Source of the DNA: Heptranchias perlo
Lineage: Eukaryota
DNA length: 64,000 nt
Direction of reading: 5' to 3'
Assembly (NCBI RefSeq): GCF_035084215.1
Contig: NC_090361.1
Coordinates: forward strand, 3,906,001-3,970,000
Part shown: piece by piece, positions 24,615-37,993 of the stretch
Layout of the letters: each line of letters begins with the position of its first letter
How positions within the stretch are numbered: the stretch's first letter is position 1
Notes under the pieces: model-generated
What the model was told of the DNA's origin: nothing
What the model saw: the letters and a program-made list of their open reading frames with translations, nothing else
Database searches by the model: none
Position numbers and translations under genes: made by a program

Positions 24615-24724
24615 CGTGCAGTTGTACTTCACGCAGTCGTCCCAGAATCGGCTGGCCGAGAACTTCTTCTTGATCACAACAGTCAGGCCGTGCAGCAGGC
24701 ACTGTCCGACGCCAACTATATTAC
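24615..24724 (-). CDS. SLC27A1: FATP1 coding exon 6
   Basis: (G)[36 protein letters not shown]; 110 nt. Confidence 0.96.
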
Positions 24725-24929
24725 CTGCCGGCAGAGCAGAGAGAGAGACGCAAGGTTTAAGGATGGACCTCGCACTAGCTAAAACAAGTCAGCAGCAGAA
24801 AGACATAGTTAAGACTACAGGTGGAGTGTGATCGGCAGCCATGAGGGCACAACATGTTTGAAAGAAAGTGAAAAGCCATTTCACATTTCTCTCCCGCTGT
24901 CACTGTTTTGTGGTTGGTTCTTACCCCTT

Positions 24930-25847
24930 CAATCAAAGCCCCTCCCTATCTCAGTAACCTCCCCCAGTCCTACAACCCTCCGAGATCTCCGCTCTCCTCC
25001 AATTCTGGTCTCTTGCACATCATCTGAAAACACATCATCAGACTCCACATATACGCTGACGACACCCAGCTCGACCTGACAACCACCTCCCTCGACCCCA
25101 CTGTCTCTCATTTGTCACATTACTTATCTGACATCCAGTATTGGATAAGCAAAAATTTCCTCCAACTAAATATTGGGAAGACTGAAGCCATTGTCTTTGG
25201 TCACCGCTGCAAATACCGTTCCCCAGCCATCGAGTCCATCCCTCTCCCCGTCAGAGGCTGAATCAGACCGTTCACAACCTTGGTGTCCAGACTGGACTAT
25301 TCCAATACTCTCCTGGCTGGCCTCCCATCTTCCACCTTCCATAAACTTGAACTCATTTAAAACTCTGCTGCCTGTATCCTAACTCGCACCAAGTCCCGTT
25401 CACCCATCATCACTGTGCTCGCTGACCTACATTGGCTCCCGGTCGTGGAACACCTGAGTTTTAAAATTCTCATCCTTGTTTTCAAATCCTTCCATGGCCT
25501 CGCCCCTCCCTATCTCTGTAACCTCCTCCAGCCCTGCAACCCTCCGAGATGTCTGCGCTCCTCCAATTCTTGCCTCTTGCGCATCCCTGATTTTAATCAC
25601 TCCACCATTAGCGGCCGTGCCTTCAGCTGCCTAGGCCCTAAGCTCTGGAATTCCCTCCCTAAACCTCTCTGCCTCTCTACCTTCCTTTAAGATACTCTAA
25701 ACCTGCCTCTTTGACCAAGCTTTTGATCACCTGTCCTAATATCTCCTTATGTGGCTTGGGGTCAAATTTTGTTTGATAATCGCTCCTGTGAGGCGCCTTA
25801 GGATGTTTTATTACGTTAAAGGTGCTGTATAAATGCAAGTTGTTGTT
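24930..25847 (+). mobile_element. L2 LINE fragments (including RT YADD region and 3' end)
   Basis: CACATATACGCTGACGACACCCAGCTC (HIYADDTQL) and LADLHWLP...GRAFS..GPKLWNSLP; tail TAAATGCAAGTTGTTGTT. Confidence 0.85.
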
Positions 25848-26551
25848 CCCTCATATAGGCCAACTCATTTACCATGCCCCTCGCCACAACGAGAATTATA
25901 AGTAAATAACGTTAACACAGATTCAACGGTTCCTTAAAAAAAGCCTCTTCCCTGTGACATAATTTTTAATTAAAAATGGACATCACGAGAGGGTTGCACA
26001 AGGGCTCACTCTGATGAAACATTAGCCTTTTATCTCTTTACAGAGAACGACAGACCCGAGGATTTATACTGAGTGATATCAGCCACAATTCCTAGCAGGC
26101 AAGATGTAATCACATCCAAGGTGGCTTAAACAGGTAAGTGAAGAGCCCACAGACTGAAGCAGATTCACAGCTGCAGTGTAGCACCGGTCTATATTACAAT
26201 ATTTAATGATTTGTGATGAGTGCGTGCTCGTGGGGTAAAATTTGACATTTTGGCAGTAAAAGGGACAATATCTGGGGGTAATCTGAGGTAGCTGGTGCAA
26301 AGCCCTGTGCTACAAAAGCTTAACATCTCAACTTATTGAACAATGTACACTTGGTGAATGCATTTCAAAATATATTTCAAAGCCCTTCAGACTGAATGAC
26401 ATAAAATATAATGGAGACAAAACAGTAAGCTGGAATTTTGAAATAGAAACAGAAAATCCCGAAGTAAAGAGCCCACTGTGATTCTCCTGGCCTGTCCTAC
26501 AATTTGAGAATTTTCATACACTACTCTCTCATGCCCCTCAATGACATGAGG

Positions 26552-26700
26552 TGTCAGCCATGGCTCAGTGGGTAGCACTCTTGCCTCAGAGTCAGGAAGT
26601 TGTGGGTTCAAGTCCCACTCCGGAGACATTTTCAGTGACTATCGAGGGAGTGCTGCACTGTCGGAGGTGCCGTCTTTCGGATGAGACGTTAAACCGAGGC
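26552..26700 (+). mobile_element. DeuSINE 5' fragment
   Basis: TGGCTCAGTGG A box, GGTTCAAGTCC B box, start of Deu core. Confidence 0.75.
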
Positions 26701-27044
26701 ACAGGTTCATTGCAGGCTGACACAAGTGAGAAATTGGATCAATGGGAATGATCAATAAAAAAGGGGACTAGCTCTCCTGTCCTTAAGGTGACTTTCCTAC
26801 TTTACCTGCCTCAGCACCGAACCTTCAATTGGTGATTCCATCTGTTGGGTTGGTCAAGTTCAGAAGATAGGGGAGTGGAAGGCAGTGTGCCCATGCCCTT
26901 ACATGGTACCAAGCCGCATAGCGTACTGGAGCATTAACCCACTATGCCACCTCATTCCACAACATAACCGGCGTACTAATTCACACTGCAATGGAGACAA
27001 CTGGAAAACCGGTCTCCAGTAAGGTTAACATGACCATTAGTTAC

Positions 27045-27136
27045 CTGCTGAATGATACAGTGGCAAGCAGTCGTAAATGATGTCATCGGGCCCCATTCGG
27101 AATCCATAATAAGCAAACGCGGCCATCCTATAGTAC
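27045..27136 (-). CDS. SLC27A1: FATP1 coding exon 5
   Basis: (R)[30 protein letters not shown]; 92 nt. Confidence 0.96.
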
Positions 27137-27344
27137 CTGTAACCAATGACACCGGGTTAGTAATGAGTGGGGCAGAGGCAGAGTTTTATATCTCACAGAG
27201 CAGGTCAATCACCAGGTACCTGCAGCCCACACAACATGGCAAATACTGACACGGGAAAGTCATTAAAAAGCTTTTTAACGATTTTTACTTGAGGGGACAG
27301 GAAAGAGAGAGAGGAAGAAATTGAGCAATACTGTAGCATACCCG

Positions 27345-27625
27345 GCCTGCTAGTGACTGAGAAGCATCATCAAGCCACCCAAGACCAGAACCCTGGTCTG
27401 TGTCGAGTTAGCCAATCTCAGCCAGGCAGCAGATGGGGGGTTAAAATTGCCCTCGGCAACCCATGGGCTGATATAGGACTTCTCGCTCCTAACCACTTTC
27501 CGCCCATTGCTGCTGGGCAATGCCCAGGCGGCTCTCAAGCGAGGACAGGAATGGGCTCAGCTGTCATGCCTTCCACAGTCAAATAGTCCACCAACACTCA
27601 CTCACACATGAAGAATAGGCAGGGG
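27345..27625 (+). mobile_element. Ancient SINE (LmeSINE1/AmnSINE2-like, tentative)
   Basis: GGTCTGTGTCGAGTTAGCCAATCTCAGCC...GAGGACAGGAATGGGCTCAGCTGT...CTCACACATGAAGAAT; related copies at ~10570-10680 plus 11930-12110, ~24020-24225 and ~52440-52720. Confidence 0.5.
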
Positions 27626-28189
27626 AATGGGGTACAGGAGAGCTGCTGGCAAGTGTGGACACACACCAAGAGTTAGCAGCTTCAGGAGGGGAGAAAAATT
27701 ATTGTGGGGGTGGTGGCGGGGAGATAACGTCACCAGATACTTGTGAGAAGCACCTTGCAAATCCTGGATCCCGACCAGTGACTCTGAAATCAGAACGAGT
27801 TCTTTGGCATACATAGATGTTCTTGGTCCACAGAAGTTCTGAAGCAAATTGCTGGCATAGCTCACAGGGATTTCAGTGTGGGGGCTATACTGTATCTACT
27901 TAAAGGAAAATGTACCACCCCAAACAGCACTCGCTCTCTCTCTAGTTTATCGATTCACATAATGACGACCCTGTTCCCATCACCTCGAGCAGGTACATTC
28001 AAAGCATCACAGAACGCATGCTGTACAGCTAACACAGGCTACAGAATTTAACCTAAGTTCTGGTGTATGGGTCCCACCTTCACGTTGCCATGTACTAAAA
28101 ACCTGCACAAAGATGCAACTTGCTGTCTTGGTGATTAACGGGTTTGTACTGCGCACAGTTCTGGTCTCAGTGTTATAAAAAGGATTTAA

Positions 28190-28650
28190 GAGGCACTGGA
28201 GAAGACCCAAAAAAGATTCACAAGGATGAGACCAGAACTGAGAGGATATATTTAACAGGAAAGGTTGAACAGGCTGGGGCTTTTTTCTCTGGTAAAGAGA
28301 AGGCTAGAGGTCTTTAAAATTATGAAGGAGTTTAACAGGGTAGATGTAGAGAAAATGTTTCCACTTGTGGGGGACCAAAACTGGGGGCCATAAATATAAG
28401 ACTGTCATTAATAAATCCAATAGGGAATTCAGGAGAAACTTCTTTACCCAGAGAGTGGTGAGAATGTGGAGTTGTTGAGGCGAATAACGTAGATGCATTT
28501 AAAGGAAGCTAGATAAGTAAATGAGGGAGAAAGGAATAGAAGGATATGCTGATAGGGTTAGATGAAGAGGATCTAGCAGAGGGAGCATAAACACAGGCAT
28601 GGACCATGTGGGCCAAATGGCCTGTTTCTGTGCTGTAGATTCCATGTGAT
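28190..28650 (+). mobile_element. CR1 LINE 3' fragment
   Basis: QKRFTRM...RNFFTQRVVRMW remnant and GGGCCAAATGGCCTG tail. Confidence 0.75.
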
Positions 28651-28750
28651 TGTTGAAATCAGTAGCAATAGTCCCAGAGCAAAAAACGTTGAAAAGTCAG
28701 AGCAAACGCAGCCACTGCCCTCTGCTCTGCCACAAAGTTCTGGTACGTAC

Positions 28751-28820
28751 CTGCTGTGCACGACAATAGCAGCTTTGGGCATGCCTGTGGTTCCAGACGT
28801 ATAGATGTAAAACAGACGAT
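28751..28820 (-). CDS. SLC27A1: FATP1 coding exon 4 (AMP-binding P-loop)
   Basis: (D)[22 protein letters not shown](R); 70 nt. Confidence 0.97.
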
Positions 28821-31344
28821 CTACAAAAACAGAGAGAGAAATCAGGTGCGGTGTATTTGCTCCTATTTAAAATTTCCAAAATAGGATTAAGATTGCCCCC
28901 TTTCCTCGCAGATCCCAGCTCTCAACTGTTAGAGGGGTGCAGGCAGTTTAACCTGCGTTGGCCAATTCAAAATCAAAGCAAATCACATAAGCCCAAAGTG
29001 GAATCAGTCTTTCAAAGCTCAAGAACCTGTAAAAGAAACTGCATATCAACCAAGAGCTATGTTTTCTCCATCTACAATATACTAACAGTCTTCATATTAT
29101 ATATAATATATATTGTTGTACACACCATGCTGCATTTGAATTTCTCTTGTCTTTAGGTTTTACAGATTTAATAACAGAAACGTACAGGAGTTATAAAGCC
29201 ACACGGTCATTGCTTCTAGGATCCAGCAACCCTTGACCACAATTAGTCAGTGTTATTTACAAGGGAGGAAACAAAACGAGTCCCTGACACACTCAGACAC
29301 AAGGGCAGCAGCAGCAGCAATTAACCTGTCAACACACAAACCTGCACTGCTGCAATGACCAACAGATGGCACTGCATGCAATAGGAATCAATGTAGGATC
29401 AAGTAACTCCCGGTCATAGCACTGCACTGGCCTATGCTGTTCACGTGCTTTTTTTCACATGCTAAAGAGACAGACTTTCGCAACACCAAGGAGTGGTGAT
29501 TGGTCCTTGCTTTCAAATCCCTCCATGGCATCGCCCCTCCCTATCTCTGTAACCCCCCCCCGCAACCCTCCGAGATCTCTGCGCTCCTCCAATTCTGGCC
29601 TCTTGCGCATCCCTGATTTTAATCGCTCCACCTTTAGCTGCCGTGCCTTCAGCTCCTTAAAACCTCTCTCAGTGACCCCACCTGTCCTACTATCTCCTTA
29701 CGTGGCTCGGTGTCAATTTTTGTTTGATCATGGTCCTGCGAAGGGCCTTGGGACGTTTTACCACAAGAGCCTGAGTGACAGATGAGGCCCTCTGTTGATT
29801 GGGCTGTTAGGACGCCCCGTGTGTTGTGAGAGCTGCTGTTCATGTCATGGAAGGATTCGGGATGCAATTTTCACCCCTCTACCCTGCTCCTCCAGTCCAG
29901 CTGGCGGAGGATTTGGGGGGAGAGCGAGCGAGCTGTCCGGCTCACTCCTGCTTCACAGGCTGGAAGAGGCAGGATCGCGGAGGGAAACGAGAGAGGGTTG
30001 TGATAATCAGCTGAGAAGAAAAGCTACATAGGAATAAGAGGAGGCTATTCAGCCCTTCGAGCCTGTTCCAACAATCAATTAGATCATAGGTCATCCGTAT
30101 CTTAACTCCATCTAACCACCTTGGTTCCGGGACCCTTAATACCCTTGTCTAACAAAAATTTATCAATCTCAGTTTTTAAATTTTCAACTGACCCCCAGAC
30201 TCAGCAGCTTTTGGGGGGGGGCGAGAGTTCTAGATTTTTACTACCCTTTATGTACCCAGCTTGAGGGGCTGAATGGCCGACTCCTGATCCTACAAAATCA
30301 ATACTAGCCCAAAAATGTGGTCAGCTCTGGGCCTTTTAGGGAACAAGTGGTTCTTAAATTTCAAAGAAATCCCATCCTGATCACAGATGAGCCAAAACTG
30401 CCGCGCTCACACGCAGAGAGCATTTCGTTTAAGTTCCAGGGCTCATGCTCACTCTTTCTGCCCCACAGCCCTCCTCAACTGAATTAAACTTCATTTTAGT
30501 TATACAGGAGTCTCATTGGATTGCTTTACATGAAGATTGCACTGTTAAGCCGGTCAGAATCGTGTGAAAAGTCAGAGAAAAAAAATATATAAATCAGCCT
30601 GCTTGCAGGAATCTAATTGTTAACTGACCAATTTTGGAAATGCAGTTATTTTTTAAGTGTTTGACATCTGGTGTGTGATATCTGCTTTCTGTTGCTAATC
30701 AGCTAACTGCAGTTGGAGATTGCAGATATTATTGATGCTTTTAAAGTGACAATGTCCGGTTAGCAGCATGGAGCTTGATGCACCTGCCACCGCTTTAGTG
30801 TATAGGAGGTGCAATCTGCGTTGGCAACTGTGTCAGAGACATCACGTTACTGGGTCCAGAGAGTGGCCACTCGAGCAGCGGAGACTGCATTAAATTCGAG
30901 AACTGCTGGAATGCACGGCTTGAAAAGGGCGGTGGAAGCAGATTCGATGGTAACTTTCAAAAGGGAATCGGATATATGCTTGAAAAGGAAAAAAGGGCTG
31001 TGGGGAAAGAGAAGGGGGAATGGGACTAATCGGATACCTCTTTCAAAGAGCCAGCACAGACACGACGGGCCAAAGGGTCTCCTTCTGTGCTGTAACATTC
31101 TATGATTAGTGATTTCTGCCAGTACTAAAGAATGTCTTATTTAAGGGGCACCCCATTAAAGGCTGGCACAAAGGATTCTTAAAAAGAAATAAAAGTAGAT
31201 CTTTCTCATTAAAGAAAGGGTGCACAAGTGGATAGATTCAGACAGTGCTCTCTGTGCTAGATGCATGCAGCTCTCTGGAGCTTCAGGCTAGGGTGGAAGG
31301 GAGAGGTTTTTGTTTAGGACTCTCTTTTGTGCCTCAACGCTGAT

Positions 31345-31425
31345 GCTGTGACTCAGTTAAAACCTCTCTTTTAGTGGGGCAAAGGTCACAATTCCCCAGC
31401 AGCAGGAAGTAGGTGAAAGGTTGCA
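31345..31425. promoter_or_regulatory. Candidate intronic enhancer: two DR1/PPRE elements, AP-1 and ETS sites
   Basis: TAGT-GGGGCA-A-AGGTCA (31372-31388), AAGT-AGGTGA-A-AGGTTG (31407-31423), TGACTCA (31349-31355), CAGGAAGT (31403-31410), in non-repeat sequence. Confidence 0.6.
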
Positions 31426-32945
31426 TTCTGTGCTGGTGCCTGTACCCCCTTGCTCATGTGAATTGGTGTTTATGGATGTGACTTGCCAGCAAAGCACATT
31501 CAGCGTGCTATAGAGCTTGATAAGCGTATCCTGCTGAGCAAACAGTCCTTCTGGGGTCTGAAGTCCGGTTGTGATGTTTAGCTTCTAACCTGGCATATTG
31601 GTTTAAGGCCACTGCTCAATTACTGGAAGTCTAGGTAATGGCAGCAGTTTGTAAATCCCTGAAGTGATTCTTCAGGAGGTCAGTTAATTGCTTGTATATT
31701 TCAGGCTCCAGGTTAGAAAAACACAGGATAAAATGCTTGGCTTACCTTCTCTTTTTTAAAGATCATTTTAAATCCATAACCAAAGCACAATGTCCGCAGT
31801 GTGACAAACCCTCGCTAGACACAAATTTCTTCCACATGGACTAGGTCGTCTGCCTTGGCACTGTCCATAATAAATTGGACGATGTGTTACTTTACATAAA
31901 TGGGGATGTTATGGACCAAGTGCGATGGGGAAAGTATTACAGGAAGTATTGTGATACTTGTGGGAGGTGCATGAAAGAACTTTAATAGATCAGCACGTTA
32001 CCCGTGCTCTTCTACTGTCCTCTCTCCTTTATTGTTAATCGTGAGATGGTGGGGAGGAGCTGTTGAGGGTGCAGGTCACATTTTCTGGTGCAGAGTGTGG
32101 GAAAATGTGCATCACACACCCACAAATTACAAGATTTATGGAACTTAATTTCACAATGTCTTATGCTGGGATTTTAACTCCTAACCTCTGGGCTGTTAGT
32201 CCAGTACCATAACCACTGGGCTACTGTATCCTATATATCTTTTAAGTTCTTTATAGCACTTACCATGGTTTTTACTAAGATAAAAGCAAAGTACCGAAAA
32301 GAACTTGAAAGCTGGTCATGGCTGGGAATGTGGCACTGGAGTGGGAAAGGCACAGGTATTTGGGGTGGGACATGAGCTCCAAGCAGGAAAATGCCACCTT
32401 GGGGCACAGGCTGAGGAGCGGGAGAGGCAGAGGATGGAACGGAGATAAGTCCATCCTTTAGAGGCCCCGGGTGGTTGGGGCCATGGGGCTCGGACTGAAT
32501 CAGAGGTCAGTTTAGGGTGTGTGTCCCTTTAATGCTATAAAGTCTAATGATTGTTAAGTAAAACTAGATAAGTTCATTCAAAGTTTAGCTGCTATTTACA
32601 GTGGAAATCAAAAGCTCAGTTTTGTTTGTGGGAAAGTCAATTAAGAGCCTCCACACAGTGTGGCTGCTGCAGTGTGTGTTCCTGGGGGGTGTTTTGGTAA
32701 ATTGGAGTAGTTACCTTTGTTTCTTTATACTTTTTTTAAAAAAGCGTGACAGAGAAATCTGCATTAGATATTGTGAAATTTCTAAAGTGTGGGGGTCAGT
32801 AAGTACGTACATATGTATAGATATACACACAAAAAATTCTTTTTTCAAATATACAGAACACTTGTTCTGAGAGTATCTGCAGAAGTAGAACCATCAAAAA
32901 ACAGAATGCTCGAGCAAACAGCAAGGGGCACCCAGTGCCAGCAAA

Positions 32946-33256
32946 ACCTCCGCGATCTCTGCGCTCCTCCAATTCTGGCCTCTTGCGCATCTCCGATTTT
33001 CACTGCCCCCACGACTGACGGCCGCGCCTTCAGCTGCCTAGGACCTAAGTTCTGGAATTCCCTCCCTAAATTTCCCTGCCTCTCTCTCCTCCTTTAAGAC
33101 GCTCCTTAAAATCTACCTCTTTAATCAAGCTTTTGTTCACCTGTCCCAATATCTCCTCATGTGGCTCAGTGTCAAATTTTGTCTGATAATCGCTCCTGTG
33201 AAGCGCCTTGGGCCGTTTTACTACATTAAAAGGCGCTGTATAAATGCAAGTTGTTG
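32946..33256 (+). mobile_element. L2 3' fragment
   Basis: Same L2 3' consensus and tail. Confidence 0.8.
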
Positions 33257-33919
33257 CAATATGGAAATTACTTTCCTTCCACAAGTTCACACAGGACTTC
33301 TGCCTCACAGCACAGCTACCATGGCACTGTATGTGAGACAAGCTGGATTAAAAGAAAAAAAAGGAAGAGGTTTCTCTTTATATTTAAAAGAGACAAGTAA
33401 ATAACATGTGCTACTCAATTCATAACAGATAGTTTTTAAAGTTACAGAAAACATAGTTATTACTTTGAACTTATTTTTACTCTAGAAATAACATAAGTCA
33501 CACAACCTAATATAGAACAGTCTATTGGTATATTTGGACTGTAAACATACTAGGCATCTAAAGTGAGCATAAAAAATGAAAGTCATTCAATGCTGTCAGT
33601 AAAATTTCAGTGACGTGTAATAGTGGGCATATGAAATGTTCACACAATGTCCACATGAACTGTGAAGAACACCCAGCTGTACAATTACAGATTTTGTTCT
33701 TCCAAACTGAGGTTGTGTCTGGGGGGAGAGCATTTCAACCTGTGTAATACCGGGGTGAAGAAATGGTGGTTATAGTTCTGTCACTGGTAGTTGGAGCAAT
33801 TTAAGGGGATGAATTAAGAGCATCAGACAAGAAACATATTGAGACATTGAAGCGTACTTGTTTAACAGAGTTATAGAACAAAAGTACATGAAAACGGGGG
33901 GAGCTGGACGGATATTTTT

Positions 33920-34442
33920 TGGTCTCTTATCTAAGGAAGGATATATTTGCCTTGGAGCCAATGCAACGAAGGTTCACTAGATTGATTTCTGGGATGGGAG
34001 GGTTGTCCTATGAGGAGATTGAGTAGAATGGGCCTATGTTCTCTGGAGTTTAGAAGAATGAGAGGTGATCTCATTGAAACATAAGATTCTGAGGGGGCTT
34101 GACAGGGTAGATGCTGAGAGGCTGTTTCCCCTGGCTGGACAGTCTAGAACTAGGGGGTGTAGTCTCAGTATAAGGGGTCGGCCATTTAAGACTGAAATAA
34201 GGAGGAATTTCTTCACTCAGGTTTTTAATCTTTGGAATTCTCTACCCCAGAGGGCTGTGGATGCTCAGTCGTTGAGTATATTCAAGGCTGAGATCGATAG
34301 ATTTTTGGACTCTAGGGGAACAAAGGGATGGGAGATCAGGCGGGAAAGTGGAGTTGAGGTCGAAGATCAGCCATGATATTATCGAATGGCGGAGCAGGCT
34401 CGAAGGGCCATATGGCCTTCTCCTTCTCCTGTTTCTTATATG
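33920..34442 (+). mobile_element. CR1 LINE 3' fragment
   Basis: KILRGLDRVDAERLFPL...RRNFFTQ..WNSLPQRAV...FKAEIDRFL; tail GGCCATATGGCCT...TTTCTTATATG. Confidence 0.85.
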
Positions 34443-35430
34443 ACCCGTGTTATAACAAGGCCTATGAATGCATCCATTCCACCCCTAATGCCAAAGCCAC
34501 AAATTTGCCCATCTCCTAACCTCTCCCTTTACTCCCTTAGTGATCATGTTAAATTGATGACCCCCCTCGTCACTAACTCCCCAACCAGATGAAATAGCCT
34601 TTCCCCATTCAGCTATCAAAACTCTTCACCATTCTTAAAAACCTGTTCTGAATCTCCCCTCAGCCTTCTCTGCTCCAGTGGAAATAGCCCCAGTATCTCA
34701 AGTCTCTCCTCACAATTATAGCTGCTCAATCCTGGCCTCACAAGCAGTTGTTTGCATTCAGCAGCACAACACAATGACCACGCTGTACTGGAATGGCACA
34801 GGAATGCATTCATTGGGCCCAGCAATACGTTACTCACAATTGCACTGGTCTATTTTAAAAGGTACTAGCCTCCAGATAGAGGGCTGGTTTTCACTGAGCC
34901 CCAAATCCAGTCAATGCCATTACTTTTAACTTGCTGTTGCAATAGAAATAATGCAAATCACACAATATGGTATTAAGACGACAGTATGTACAAATCTGGG
35001 CTGTAAACATGGAAACGTCTGATCTGAGCTTAAAAAAGGAAAGTTACTCATTACTATCATTAGGATTTCAGTGAAATATAATCATAGAATCAGAGCAGTT
35101 ACAGCACAGGAGGCCTTTAGCCCATCGTCCTTTTGCAGGTGCCAGCTCTTCAAAGGGAGCAATCTACTCCAATCTCATCTCATCTCATCTCCCTTCTCCT
35201 TACCCTACATCCTTTTCAAATTCCTTTTAAATGAAAGTTTTGTCTCTGCCACAAATGCCACTTACAGCAAAGCATTCCATGTTCTAATAATCGTTTGTGT
35301 GCACACATTTCTTCTGATTTCCCCCACGTCTTTCCAGTGAGGGTTGATAACCCTCACACACCCCCATGTTGACTTGAGGAGCAGCAGGGGGGGGGGGGGG
35401 GGGAGAAAGGGGGAACTGCAGAAACAGTTG

Positions 35431-35558
35431 TTCACCTGAGGAAGGAGGAAGCCTCCGAAAGCTTGTGAATTTAAAATAAAATTGCTGGACTATAACTTGG
35501 TGTTGTAAAATTGTTTATAATTGTCAACCCCAGTCCATCACCAGCATCTCCACATCAT
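35431..35558 (+). mobile_element. Penelope-like terminal fragment (family A) beginning with an intact hammerhead (35431-35469)
   Basis: UUCAC-CUGAGGA-A-GGAGG-AAG-CCUCC-GAAA-GC-UU-GUGAA, then AATAAAATTGCTGGACTATAAC...CATCTCCACATCAT. Confidence 0.78.
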
Positions 35559-37831
35559 ACCTAGTCAATTCAAGCATGGGTCAGGACGGTACATATACAC
35601 AAAGAAATAGTGAGTAGAGATTTCAACACATGCAAGACAGTGCTGGGCAGTTCCAGGTGTGAAAACACACACTAGTGTGCAAGGTATCACCATTGAGATC
35701 CTCACTCATGTACAAGTAAGTTAGTGATGAACAGATCCAGACATATACACAACGACACTGGTACATAAGCCCTTTCTCACACATGCAAAACAATGCTGTT
35801 TTTCAGACTCTCATTCACACGAGACACATTCAAAGAGGCCCCATTCAGATCTATACACACACACACACAGGATAATGCCATTCAGCTCCTGTTCTATAAA
35901 AGATCAGTGCTGTAGCTTTGTAATAAATGAAACAGTCTCTTGTTAACTGGCCAATTAACATATGAATCAACCGAATAGCATCAGAGTGACATTAATACAC
36001 TGAATACTAGTACAGTGTCTCATAAGGGGAGACTTGCACACTTGTAGGTTTAACGTGCTCAAGGATTTTACTGACCATTGTGACCAGTTATCCAATGATA
36101 AATTAAGATGAATTACTGGAGCATCACTGGGGTGTAATTTTCCAGTTATAGATAAACTAAACATATTAGTATTGGCGACTAGGCTTTACAGTAAACTTGT
36201 ACAGTAAAAACATTACACCCCCAAGAAAATTTACAAATACTGTTGGTCTGTTTTTTTGCTGAACACAGGCTAGCTTTGTTCACAGGGAGATTGTGGTATG
36301 AGGAACTTCAGTCCCCCGATATCAGCTACATACCAAAGGACCTCTTATCTGCACCAACATCTCAGTACATGACAACTACTAAAGGCCTCTCCCACTTGCA
36401 GCAAATACTGCTGAAGGCAGGAATACATCAGGTCAGCGGTAAATCGTCACTGGCATCAGAGTATAAGCTGCAGCCTCGGTACATAGGTCGTTACAGTCTA
36501 TTGTGAAGATGCAAGTGATGCACCTAATTTTATGGTGGTAACTGGATAGGATTTGGAAATCCCAAACTATTTTCAATCTACAGTTGCTAGTGTACAGATT
36601 GTATATTTTTAAATGTGGCTTAACTCGTGGGTTTAAGTTCTTGTAGCAGACATCTGAAGGAGGGTGTAGCGTAACTCTGATGAGTCCACTGGGCTAAAAT
36701 AGTATAATTGGGAGGTCAATGACGCAGATGGATTTTAATACAACGATTTCTATTAAAGGATAGAACGGAGATAGCGATATGCACTATAATACTGTTAATC
36801 TATAGATGTAAGAATTTGTATAAAAATCTACTACTATTTTACAAGGCGGAGGAGTGGGAATCATTGGATAGCTCTTTCAAAGAGCCAGCACAGGCACAAT
36901 GGGCCGAATGGCCTTCTCCTGTGCTGTACTTACTATGAAACTACTGTGATTCTGCTTGGTGTGTGTTTTTTCTAAAATAAATATTAGGATTTCATCATTC
37001 ATGGAGCAGTGGTACTGGTGTTAAAAACGAGGGTATTTATTAAACCAAACTCCTGATAGTCTGGGAGTTTTTATTGACTTATTTCTGGTCATGGGGAAGG
37101 TGGGTGTACTGTACTTAAACTTCAGAATTCAACAACCAAGGACATTTTGTAGATTCACTGAAGGTAATGAGCAGCAATAGGCAGTTGGGAGCCAAAGTAA
37201 GCAAAGAAATGTTCCCTTTCAATGTCTCAGCCTCAGAAAGGTGAAGCTGGGTAAATAAATTAGGGAATACGGAATAGAAGGATATGCTGATAGGGTGAGA
37301 TGAGGCTTGTGTGATGCATAAACACTGGCATGGACCAGCTGGGCCAAATGGCCTGTTTCTGTGCTGTAAATTCTATGCAAATGCCACGGAGATGAAAGCC
37401 CTGATCAGCCTTTATACCAGTGGGAGGGGAGTGAATGCTTTCACATGAATACTTGAGTACATGGTTGTTGTAGGACCTTATCATGCAGTATTTAATGTAT
37501 ATATTGGGTTTGTGGGAATAGACACTGACTCGAGATCAGTTCTGCTCAGTCCACAATATGAGCAGAGAAATGCCAATATTTTTCAGCAGTAGAGGATAAA
37601 GGAGATGGGAAGATAGATTCACACCAAGGTGGTCCCTGAGCCTCCTGGGGGCTAACTTCCAGGGGGAAATAACAGTTGGTTAGATGCGGGCCAGGTAACC
37701 ACCCTCTCTAATGTAGGCAACAGGCCATGTGAATCACAATACAATATAAATGGGGTAAGGTACCCAAATACCCACTCAAAAATGTCAGTATTTACATTCG
37801 AGAAATAATGCTGCATTAAAATAATCATTAC

Positions 37832-37993
37832 CCATGAATCCTATTGCCTGAGGAGGAGAGGGGGCAAACTTGGATGCTGCGTTGAGCAGAGGATCGAGGT
37901 GTTCTGTGCCAGCTGGAACTTTACTTGGATCCCAGCTCCCACTGCAGAACTTCCGAACATTTTTCCCTAGGATTCCATTCACTTCTAACAGGG
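37832..37993 (-). CDS. SLC27A1: FATP1 coding exon 3
   Basis: (A)LLEVNGILGKNVRKFCSGSWDPSKVPAGTEHLDPLLNAASKFAPSPPQAIGFM; 162 nt, phase 1/1. Confidence 0.93.

Noticed and set aside
25995-26075. Further hammerhead candidate (CTGATGAAAC)
   Set aside because: No stem II-GAAA arrangement; at most a badly degraded Penelope remnant.
26557-26625. tRNA gene
   Set aside because: A/B boxes run directly into the Deu SINE core; this is a SINE head, not a tRNA.
36286-36432. Plus-strand exon-like segment (ttcacag...CAG|GTCAGC) antisense in intron 3
   Set aside because: Weak donor, unrecognised peptide and no partner exons.
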